Source: Parafilimonas sp. (GTDB lineage: Bacteria; Bacteroidota; Bacteroidia; Chitinophagales; Chitinophagaceae). From it: 64,000 nt of DNA. Positions 56,340-64,000 of the stretch are shown in pieces. How positions within the stretch are numbered: the stretch's first letter is position 1; each line of letters starts with the position of its first letter. A model generated the notes under the pieces. It searched no databases, was not told where the DNA came from, and saw nothing but the letters and a program-made list of their open reading frames with translations. A program made the position numbers and the translations under genes. The stretch covers positions 660-64,659 of the forward strand of contig JBDHYG010000014.1 in the NCBI GenBank assembly GCA_039811225.1. Direction: 5' to 3'.

Positions 56340-57005
56340 CTAATCAATTTTTACAAATATGGATTTTACCGAATGATCGCTCAACTGAATGATTTTTTTA
56401 TGATTCACTTTCACTTCCATGGTACCATCAAAATCAAATTTTTTCTTCACTTCTATGGTTGTACCTATCCCGATTCCTACATGTTGTAATAGTTCCAACA
56501 ATTGTAGATCGCGGCTGGCAACGGCCACTACATGCACCGGGGTATCGGGTCCTACATCTGCCAGCATGATTTGTGGCCGCTCTTTCAGGTTGCCGTGTTG
56601 ATCGGGAATGGGGTCGCCATGGGGATCAAAACGGGGAAACGACAGGAAAGCATCTAACTTATCAATTAGTTTATCTGAACTCACATGTTCCAGTTCCTCT
56701 GCCAGGTCATGTACTTCGTCCCAGCTGAAATGCAGGGTTTCTGCCAGGAAATATTCCCATAACCGGTGGCGGCGAATGATATGCAGGGCAATATTTTTTC
56801 CTTTCTGTGTCAGCCGGAATTTTTTATAGGGGGTATAGGTAACCAGTTTTTTTTCTTTAAGCTTTTTCAGCATATCCGTTACCGAGGCAGGCCGGGTGTG
56901 CAACGCAGCAGATAAATTTCCCGTGGAAACACCATCTTCCGCTTGTTGCAGGTGAAAAATAGTTTTTAAATAATTCTCTTCAGCCGGGGAATATTTACAT
57001 TGCAT
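56340..57005 (-). CDS. mntR: DtxR/MntR-family metal-dependent transcriptional regulator with a C-terminal FeoA/SH3-like domain
   Basis: EENYLKTIFHL...VSTGNLSAALHTRPASVTDMLKKLKEKKLV winged HTH. RRHRLWEYFL dimerisation/metal-site region. The stop lies 3 nt before the mntH start. Confidence 0.88.
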   Translation of the reverse strand: MQCKYSPAEENYLKTIFHLQQAEDGVSTGNLSAALHTRPASVTDMLKKLKEKKLVTYTPYKKFRLTQKGKNIALHIIRRHRLWEYFLAETLHFSWDEVHDLAEELEHVSSDKLIDKLDAFLSFPRFDPHGDPIPDQHGNLKERPQIMLADVGPDTPVHVVAVASRDLQLLELLQHVGIGIGTTIEVKKKFDFDGTMEVKVNHKKIIQLSDHSVKSIFVKID

Positions 57006-57009
57006 GAAA

Positions 57010-57037
57010 AATAAATTTAGACAAACCTAAAAATATT
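57010..57037 (-). promoter_or_regulatory. Putative DtxR/MntR-type operator overlapping a -7 box, directly upstream of mntR
   Basis: Minus strand reads AATATTTTTAG-GTTTGT-CTAAATTTATT, with 9 of 11 arm positions complementary. The core TTAGGTTTGTCTAAATTTA matches the 19-bp DtxR consensus TTAGGTTAGCCTAACCTAA at 13 of 19 positions by my count. It embeds TAGGTTTG (57022-57029), an exact TAnnTTTG. Confidence 0.4.
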
Positions 57038-57169
57038 TTATGAAAAAATGAAAAAAATTTGTTTCGATCATGAGGCAGGTTTAACATTTTTGCGGAGACA
57101 GGGGATAAGTGGGAAAAATATTTATACTATATCTTTACAACTCTTAAGATCCAGATTAAACCATTTTAC

Positions 57170-59020
57170 ATGAAATATATGACCCTTCTGCTGCTCCTTT
57201 TTATGGGGCAGCTGGTACAGGCCCAACCCGACCGTTGGCAACAGCGTATTGCCTATCAAATCAATGTGGATATGAATGTGGCCACGAACCAGTTTACCGG
57301 AACAGAAAAAATTGATTACTGGAATAATTCCCCGGACACATTGCACCGGATCTTTTTTCATTTGTATTGGAATGCCTTCCAGCCCAACAGTATGATGGAT
57401 ATCCGTAGCCGGGAATTAGGAAAAATAACTTATGGTAATTCTCCCGGTGGAAACCCTATCCGTGACTGGGATAGCCGGGTACGGGATCGTATCCAGCATT
57501 TACAACCGGATGAAATAGGATATCAAAAAGTTTCATCTATGAAAGTAAATGGAAAAGACGTACAGTTGATAGAGCATGAAACCATCTTGGAAGTGCAATT
57601 AACCAATCCCATTTTGCCCCATTCAAAATCAACTATCGAGCTTGCTTTCAAGGCGCAGGTACCTGTCCAGATCAGGCGTAGTGGCCGCGATAATGAAGAA
57701 GGTATCCGGTATAGCATGAGCCAATGGTATCCTAAAATGGTAGAGTATGATTACCAGGGCTGGAATGCCAATCCTTATATCGCCCGCGAATTTTATGGTG
57801 TATGGGGAGATTATAAAGTCAATATAAAAATTGATAAAACATATATGCTGGCCGCATCCGGAACATTGCAAAACCCCAATGAAATTGGATTTGGTTACCA
57901 GCAAAACGGCAATGCGCCGGTTCCGGTAACTGGCGCGACACGCACCTGGAAATTTGTTGCGGAGAATGTACATGATTTTGTATGGGCAGCTGATCCTACC
58001 TATACCATGATAAAAGAACAGATTCCGGGTGGGCCGTTGTTATATATCGTGTATAAAAAAGTGGATTCACTGGAACAGGATTGGCAAAAATTGGCCAGGA
58101 CAATGGTGCAGGTCTATCCTTATATGGCAAAAACTTTTGGCGCCTATCCTTATAAAAATTATTCTTTCATACAGGGAGGAGATGGCGGTATGGAATATCC
58201 TATGGCCACGTTGATCAAGAGTGCCAGTATCGGAACGGCCATCCATGAATGGATGCATAGCTGGTACCAGGGCATGATGGGGTCCAATGAAAGTTTATAT
58301 GCCTGGATGGATGAAGGCTTTACATCGTATGCAGAATCCCGGGTTTCGGCATGGTTGTATAAAGATAGCAGCTTCCCATACCGGGGTGCTTACCGGGGCT
58401 ATTTCGCGTTGGTTAAAAGTGGATTAGAAGAACCTATGAGCACACATGCAGATCATTACAATACCAACTATGCATATTCCATTGATGCTTATTCCAAAGG
58501 AGAAATTTTCCTGGCACAATTGGGTTATATAGTGGGTGATGCTACCCTGGATAAAATCCTGCTCGAATATTACCGGGAATGGCGGTTTAAGCATCCCAAC
58601 CCCAATGATTTTATCCGCGTAGCTGAAAAAGTTAGTAATATAGAATTACAGTGGTACAAAGAATATTGGATCTATACCACCAAAACAATTGACTATGGGA
58701 TCGGGGATGTTAATGAAGTGAATGGAAAAGCGAATATTACCCTAAAGCGAATTGGTAAGATGCCGATGCCGGTTGATTTATTGGTTACTTACAAAGATGG
58801 ATCCCGGGAGCTGTATTATATTCCCATGAATCTGATGTATGGCGATAAGCCGGCTGAGAATAATATTCCGCGGACAATAGAAAAAGAATGGCAATGGGTT
58901 GCTCCTGAATACCAACTTGAAATCAATCACCCGGTGAGTGCCATTAAGGAAATAGAGATAGATCCCAGCCAGCGGATGGCTGATGTGAACAGGGTAAATA
59001 ATAAAATTACGGTACCATAA
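57170..59020 (+). CDS. M1-family zinc metallopeptidase (aminopeptidase N-like), secreted
   Basis: Signal peptide MKYMTLLLLLFMGQLVQAQ. Gluzincin motif HEWMH-X18-E (HEWMHSWYQG...AWMDEG). Confidence 0.88.
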   Translation: MKYMTLLLLLFMGQLVQAQPDRWQQRIAYQINVDMNVATNQFTGTEKIDYWNNSPDTLHRIFFHLYWNAFQPNSMMDIRSRELGKITYGNSPGGNPIRDWDSRVRDRIQHLQPDEIGYQKVSSMKVNGKDVQLIEHETILEVQLTNPILPHSKSTIELAFKAQVPVQIRRSGRDNEEGIRYSMSQWYPKMVEYDYQGWNANPYIAREFYGVWGDYKVNIKIDKTYMLAASGTLQNPNEIGFGYQQNGNAPVPVTGATRTWKFVAENVHDFVWAADPTYTMIKEQIPGGPLLYIVYKKVDSLEQDWQKLARTMVQVYPYMAKTFGAYPYKNYSFIQGGDGGMEYPMATLIKSASIGTAIHEWMHSWYQGMMGSNESLYAWMDEGFTSYAESRVSAWLYKDSSFPYRGAYRGYFALVKSGLEEPMSTHADHYNTNYAYSIDAYSKGEIFLAQLGYIVGDATLDKILLEYYREWRFKHPNPNDFIRVAEKVSNIELQWYKEYWIYTTKTIDYGIGDVNEVNGKANITLKRIGKMPMPVDLLVTYKDGSRELYYIPMNLMYGDKPAENNIPRTIEKEWQWVAPEYQLEINHPVSAIKEIEIDPSQRMADVNRVNNKITVP

Positions 59021-59115
59021 AATTTCATATTTGAATTGATACAGTCTTTGTCGTTTTTTTAAGAAGCATTCACGTGGCCGTATAGATGTTCGATCAATAA
59101 GTCACCAATTGATTT

Positions 59116-59559
59116 TTAAGGCACTTGTTTTCTTTTGATGATTGCTACCGTTAAGCGGCTCACGCAAATCAGTGTATTATTATCATCCGTTATTTTAATA
59201 TCCCATACATGCGTGGAACCGCCCAAATGCAGCGGTGTAGCCGTTCCGGTTACATAACCCGACCGGGCTGAGCGGATATGATTGGCATTAATTTCCAGGC
59301 CCACACAAAAATACCGGTTATGATCGATCACCAGGGCAGAAGCTATACTGCCAACTGTTTCGGCAAGAGCACAGGAAGCGCCCCCATGTAAAAGGCCATA
59401 AGGTTGTTTGGTACGATCGTCCACCGGCATTTTTACTTTGAGAAAATCGGGTCCTATTTCTACCCATTCCATACCAAGGTACTGCGACATGGTATCTCTT
59501 TGTATGGGGGGAAGCCGGTTTACATCAAGTGATTTATCAAACCAGATACTATTTTTCAT
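59116..59559 (-). CDS. PaaI-family hotdog-fold thioesterase
   Basis: LHGGASCALAETVGS motif. 147 aa. Confidence 0.85.
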   Translation of the reverse strand: MKNSIWFDKSLDVNRLPPIQRDTMSQYLGMEWVEIGPDFLKVKMPVDDRTKQPYGLLHGGASCALAETVGSIASALVIDHNRYFCVGLEINANHIRSARSGYVTGTATPLHLGGSTHVWDIKITDDNNTLICVSRLTVAIIKRKQVP

Positions 59560-59966
59560 TGACCAAAGATAACTCTTGTGGTGTAAGGAAAATTTTCAAT
59601 TCAAAATGCCTATTCGAATAATTCTTCAACAAGTGTAAATTTTCATGCAGATTTAGTGCTTGCATCCAGCAATAGAACTCACAGTTGATTAAAGGAAATA
59701 ATATCTTTTTTATGAACGGTAATATATTCTTACCTGTATAAAAATTTGTTTATTCTTTATTCCTAACTTGCACCATTATCAATCTTATTCACAAAAAGAT
59801 TCTAAAGACAATTTTTGAAAAAGAAATTATTTTATGTTTCATTAAGTAGTGAAGCTGTGATTAATTTTGATTGATTAGCCCGGAAGGAGAAGCAGATACT
59901 CATTTATCAGGTATTACAAAGTTGAGAATAAAGGAGCAGGGCTATTTTAGTTTAAATGGAAATACA

Positions 59967-61322
59967 ATGGTGCATATTTATAAAAAGAAAAAATTTATAT
60001 TATTCTCAGGAACAATTTTTCTTTCTTTTCTAATTTTTCTAACACCCAGCAGTTTATTTGCTCAACAAAAAGATTCCCTCTCGTGGAAAGGGCAGGGTAC
60101 TTTGCAGGATTGTATTGCGTATGCCTGGCAGCACAATCCCGATATGAAAAATGCAAAACTGCAGGAAGATATTACCGCATCACAAATAAAAGGAAAACTG
60201 GCAGACTGGTATCCGCAATTACAGTTTGATTACAGTTTGCAACATAATTTCCAATTGCCTTCTTTTTATTCCAATGGCTCTATTCTGCGCAATGGAACGA
60301 ATAATGTTTCCGGAGCTAACTTCAGTGTAACACAAAATATTTTTAACCGGGATGCATTACTGGCATCAAAATCATCGAAGGAAGTACAATTGGCCACCCG
60401 GCAAAATACAGCACAGCAGCGCATAGAGCTGGCAGTATCTGTAAGCAAGGCTTTTTATGATCTAATCCTGACCCTGCAACAAATTAAAGTAATTGATGCG
60501 GATATTCAGCGTACCAAACAAAGCCTTCAGGATGCGATGTATCAATATCAAAGCGGCCTGGTGGATAAAACGGATTACAAGCGGGCCACTATTGCACTGA
60601 ATAATGCGACCGCACAGAAGAAAGCCGGGGAAGCAGCATTGGCAGCCAAAACAGTTTATATAAAAAGCCTGATGGGCCTGGAGGCTTCGGATAGCTTTCA
60701 GCCCGTTTATGATACCTTGCAAATGGAACAGGAAATCAGCCTGGACACCACCCGCCAGTTACAATATGATAGGCGAATAGAAATGCAGCAGTTGGTAACA
60801 CAAAAAAAATTATTGCAATATAATTTGCAATACAATAAATGGAGCTTTTTACCCAGCGTTTCAGCATTTGGAAATTACAACCTGAATTTTTTTAATGATC
60901 AGTTTTCCAAATTATATAGCGCAGCCTACCCTAATTCATTCGCAGGGCTCAGGCTTTCTTTTCCATTGTTCCAGGGTGGCAAAAGAACGGAACAGATCCG
61001 GCAGGCAGAATTGAATATAGACCTGGTGGATAATTCAATTATTCGCTTACAACAAAATATGCAATCGCAATATGCAACAGCGCTGGCCGGCTATAAAAGC
61101 AACCTGTATTTTTTCCTTAGCCAGAAAGAAAACCTTGCCCTGGCGAGTGAGGTCTATGATGTTATCCGCTTGCAATATCGCTCCGGTGTGAAAACTTATT
61201 TGGATGTTATCACAGCAGAAACCGATTTACGTACAGCACAGATCAATTATTATAATACATTGTATGAATTACTATCAAGCAAAATTGATGTTGAACAGGC
61301 TTTGGGGAATATCCTTTATTAA
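59967..61322 (+). CDS. TolC-family outer-membrane efflux protein
   Basis: Signal peptide (FLTPSSLFAQQ). Duplicated alpha/beta repeat with the typical L.dcI.yA..hNPd and Y..G..tYLDV..A...L motifs. The start is taken at MVHIYKKKKF; the TTG start at 59871 in the ORF track is unlikely. Confidence 0.88.
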   Translation: MVHIYKKKKFILFSGTIFLSFLIFLTPSSLFAQQKDSLSWKGQGTLQDCIAYAWQHNPDMKNAKLQEDITASQIKGKLADWYPQLQFDYSLQHNFQLPSFYSNGSILRNGTNNVSGANFSVTQNIFNRDALLASKSSKEVQLATRQNTAQQRIELAVSVSKAFYDLILTLQQIKVIDADIQRTKQSLQDAMYQYQSGLVDKTDYKRATIALNNATAQKKAGEAALAAKTVYIKSLMGLEASDSFQPVYDTLQMEQEISLDTTRQLQYDRRIEMQQLVTQKKLLQYNLQYNKWSFLPSVSAFGNYNLNFFNDQFSKLYSAAYPNSFAGLRLSFPLFQGGKRTEQIRQAELNIDLVDNSIIRLQQNMQSQYATALAGYKSNLYFFLSQKENLALASEVYDVIRLQYRSGVKTYLDVITAETDLRTAQINYYNTLYELLSSKIDVEQALGNILY

Positions 61323-61407
61323 GCAAAAGCATACTGGAAACAATTGGCAGTAAAGAAAAGTATTGTAATAGAAAAGGAAGACTCAGATAAAAACTAAAAA
61401 AGCAGAT

Positions 61408-62517
61408 ATGAAATATATGCATTATCGATTTATTTTTTCTTTATCCATAGCTGTTCTTTTATCAGCATGTGCTGAAAAGAAAAATCAGCAACCAGCGCCA
61501 CCGGCTGCCGTTGCTGTTACGGTTGCCACGGTAACGCCCGCTTCAGGGGTGGAGTATTATGATCAGTATCCGGCAACCCTGAATGCATTTGACCAGATCA
61601 ACCTGACTTCACAGGTCAGTGGTTATGTTACTTCCATTAATTTCCAGGATGGCCAGGAAGTACATAAAGGACAATTATTATATACCATCGATGCGCAGGT
61701 GTATAAAGCGAATATGAACCAGGCCATTGCTGACTTGCAGGTACAGCAGGCTAATTTGGTAAAAGCACAAAAAGATGCAGACCGCTATAATGAACTTGCC
61801 AAAAATGATGCGATAGCCAGGCAGCAGGTAGATTATGCCAATGCCAACCTGGAAGCTACAAAGAAGCAGGTAGCTGCTGCAGAAGCACGGGTAGCGGGAT
61901 TGCGCTCTACCGTACAATTTGCGAATATCTATGCCCCCTTTTCAGGAACCATCGGAATTTCCTTAGTGAAAAAAGGTACCGCTGTAGTGGCAGGCCAAAC
62001 AATATTAAATACGGTATCTACCAATAGCCCGATTGCCGTGGACTTCACTATTGATCAACAGGAAATCTATCGTTTTTCCCAATTGCAACAGGATCCGGCA
62101 TTTGCAAAGGAAGGAATTTTCACGCTGGCATTTGGTGATGCAATTTATCCTTTTCCCGGTATGATCCGTTTAATTGACAGAGCAGTGGATCCGCAAACCG
62201 GAACAATTAAAGTGCGTTTATCTTTTCCCAATGACAAGGGAATGCTTAAGCCCGGTATGAATGCAACCGTTCGCGTTAAAAATATTGCTGCCAATAATAC
62301 CCTGATCATTCCACATAATTCGATTTCAGAAAGACTGGGCGAATTTACAGTATTTGTGATTGGTGATAGCCTGAAAGTGCATCAACAAAAAGTTGTCCTG
62401 GGTACCGCCATTGGTGACAGCATCATTGTCAAGGAAGGATTGAAAAACGGGGATAAGGTTGTCGTACAGGGTATTCAAAATTTACGTGAAGGCTCCTTAG
62501 TAAAGATCACGCCGTAA
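61408..62517 (+). CDS. Efflux RND transporter periplasmic adaptor subunit (MFP/HlyD family)
   Basis: Lipoprotein signal (AVLLSAC), a coiled-coil hairpin (ADLQVQQANLVKAQKDADRYNEL), then barrel-sandwich and beta-barrel segments. Confidence 0.9.
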   Translation: MKYMHYRFIFSLSIAVLLSACAEKKNQQPAPPAAVAVTVATVTPASGVEYYDQYPATLNAFDQINLTSQVSGYVTSINFQDGQEVHKGQLLYTIDAQVYKANMNQAIADLQVQQANLVKAQKDADRYNELAKNDAIARQQVDYANANLEATKKQVAAAEARVAGLRSTVQFANIYAPFSGTIGISLVKKGTAVVAGQTILNTVSTNSPIAVDFTIDQQEIYRFSQLQQDPAFAKEGIFTLAFGDAIYPFPGMIRLIDRAVDPQTGTIKVRLSFPNDKGMLKPGMNATVRVKNIAANNTLIIPHNSISERLGEFTVFVIGDSLKVHQQKVVLGTAIGDSIIVKEGLKNGDKVVVQGIQNLREGSLVKITP

Positions 62518-62630
62518 GTAAAAAAACTTATGAAATCACATAGTTGAGTTATAAGCAGATAAAGGATAAATAAATTTCAACAGGATAAGTCATTTGAAAA
62601 TGCTGTCCTGATTAAGTGGAATAGTAAATT

Positions 62631-64000
62631 ATGATTGCAGAAACTTTTATACGAAGGCCGGTAACGGCAATTGTTATCTCCATAGTAATTGTATTGGTAG
62701 GTATTATTTCTTTGACCAATTTACCGGTTGCGCAATACCCGGATATTTCCCCACCGACTGTTTCCGTGAGTGCCAGTTTTATAGGCGCTGATGCGGAAAC
62801 CGTTGAAGAGACGACAACTACACCGCTGGAAACTCAAATCAATGGAAGCCCCGGCATGACTTATATTACGGGCAATAGTTCTGCCAGTGGCCAGGGTTCT
62901 GTAACAGCCACATTTGAAGTGGGAACAAATATTGATATTGCTGCATTGGATGTTCAAAACCGTGTAAGTGTTGCAGTGCCCCGCTTACCGGATATCGTAA
63001 GAAGGCTGGGGGTTACAGTACGTAAACGGAATCCAACCAATATTGCAGTATTGGCATTTTATTCGCCCAATGGCACACATGATATTGCTTTCATTGACAA
63101 CTATGTAAATATCTATATCCAGGATGCGTTGAAGCGTGTTAAGGGAGTGGGGGATATTACGGCTTTTGGAAATGATTTCAGTATGCGCATCTGGCTCGAG
63201 CCGGAAAAACTTGCTGCATTAGGGCTTTCTCCGGCTGATGTGTCGGCGGCAATCAATGATCAGAATTTACAGGTTTCTGCGGGTACATTGGGCGGCACGC
63301 CACAACCATCTTCACAAGCATTTGAATACACTGTACTAACAAATAGCCGGCTCAATACAGTAGATCAATTCAAGAATATAATTATCAAAGCCAATCCAGG
63401 AACCGGACAGATTGTTTACCTGAAAGATATTGCACGGGTGGAACTGGGCCAGTTTTCGTATGGCCATAATTCATTGGTCAATGGTAAGCCGGCTTCATTT
63501 ATGCTGGTGTATCAGACTCCTGAAGCGAATGCCCTGGAGACGTATGCCGGCGTGTTGAAAGCATTGGAAAGTATGAAGAAAACTTTCCCCAAAGATTTTG
63601 ATTACCTGATTCCTTCTGAAACGGTATCGGTTGTAAAGACTTCCATTAAAGAAGTGGTGGAAACTTTACTGGAAGCCCTGGCCCTTGTAGTTTTTGTTGT
63701 GTTTTTATTTTTGCAAAACTGGCGGGCCACGTTGATTCCTGTGCTGGCTATTCCTGTTTCGCTGATAGGTACGTTTATCTTTTTTGCACCCCTGGGCTTC
63801 ACCATTAACACGCTTACTTTATTTGCATTTGTGCTGGCCATTGGTATCGTTGTGGATGATGCGATCATTGTGGTAGAAGCCGTTCAACACAATATCGATC
63901 ATTTTAATATGTCGCCAAAAGAAGCGACGCGCAAGGCCATGAAGGAAATTTCTGCCCCGGTGATTGCAATTGCCCTTATTCTTGCCGCTGTTTTCATACC
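62631..64000 (+). CDS. Efflux RND transporter permease subunit (AcrB/HAE1 family); 3' end lies off-window
   Basis: Not in the ORF track because no stop falls in the window. My translation from the ATG at 62631 gives MIAETFIRRPVTAIVISIVIVLVGIISLTNLPVAQYPDISPPTVSVSASF... and later FLQNWRATLIPVLAIPVSLIGTF...LAIGIVVDDAIIVVE, both classic AcrB motifs. The frame stays open to 64000. Confidence 0.92.
   Translation, partial: MIAETFIRRPVTAIVISIVIVLVGIISLTNLPVAQYPDISPPTVSVSASFIGADAETVEETTTTPLETQINGSPGMTYITGNSSASGQGSVTATFEVGTNIDIAALDVQNRVSVAVPRLPDIVRRLGVTVRKRNPTNIAVLAFYSPNGTHDIAFIDNYVNIYIQDALKRVKGVGDITAFGNDFSMRIWLEPEKLAALGLSPADVSAAINDQNLQVSAGTLGGTPQPSSQAFEYTVLTNSRLNTVDQFKNIIIKANPGTGQIVYLKDIARVELGQFSYGHNSLVNGKPASFMLVYQTPEANALETYAGVLKALESMKKTFPKDFDYLIPSETVSVVKTSIKEVVETLLEALALVVFVVFLFLQNWRATLIPVLAIPVSLIGTFIFFAPLGFTINTLTLFAFVLAIGIVVDDAIIVVEAVQHNIDHFNMSPKEATRKAMKEISAPVIAIALILAAVFI

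Noticed and set aside
59611-59620. Perfect 10-bp palindrome TATTCGAATA as a stand-alone regulatory site
   Set aside because: It occurs once, is short, and sits in AT-rich DNA. It is mentioned under the long-leader finding, but it is not strong enough to call as a feature.
1-64000. Window-wide look for tRNA, rRNA, IS elements, integrases, prophage or defence islands in all gaps over 60 nt
   Set aside because: None of the roughly 20 intergenic gaps (the largest are 407, 289, 213 and 212 nt) shows cloverleaf-like structure, terminal inverted repeats or direct-repeat arrays. No ORF resembles a transposase, integrase or phage protein. A covariance-model scan would be needed for formal exclusion of small RNAs.

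Overview
This window looks like a chromosomal segment of a Bacteroidota genome. The evidence is the T9SS genes, a PorP/SprF homologue and TAnnTTTG-type -7 boxes. The gene content resembles Chitinophagia or Sphingobacteriia, but I cannot establish the exact taxon from the sequence alone. It holds about 50 tightly packed, apparently intact protein genes on both strands. Both edges cut genes: a TonB-dependent receptor on the left and an RND pump on the right. Most of the content is core housekeeping: dapD, tsaC, pdhA, ribH, folP, msrA, mutS2, smc, cinA, a 2-oxoacid dehydrogenase E2, ruvA and fabH. The rest is envelope-related. sprA (2419 aa, the T9SS translocon) lies 41 nt downstream of ruvA. A 1607-aa protein with 15 PKD modules and a type-B T9SS C-terminal domain is followed by a PorP/SprF-family gene. 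There is also a 124-aa type-A CTD protein with essentially no cargo, a DtxR/MntR regulator next to an Nramp transporter carrying a fused USP domain, and a four-gene operon (LiaF-like, DUF4288-like, LytS-type kinase, LytTR regulator). A TolC-MFP-RND efflux operon closes the window. I found no rRNA, tRNA, CRISPR array, transposase or integrase, prophage genes, recognisable anti-phage defence genes or pseudogenes. I therefore judge this a mostly ordinary core region with no convincing novel system. The least ordinary items are the four-gene signalling operon, the cargo-less CTD mini-protein and the Nramp-USP fusion with its putative operator, all of moderate interest. Every family call rests on reading motifs by eye in the supplied translations; no searches or folding calculations were run.
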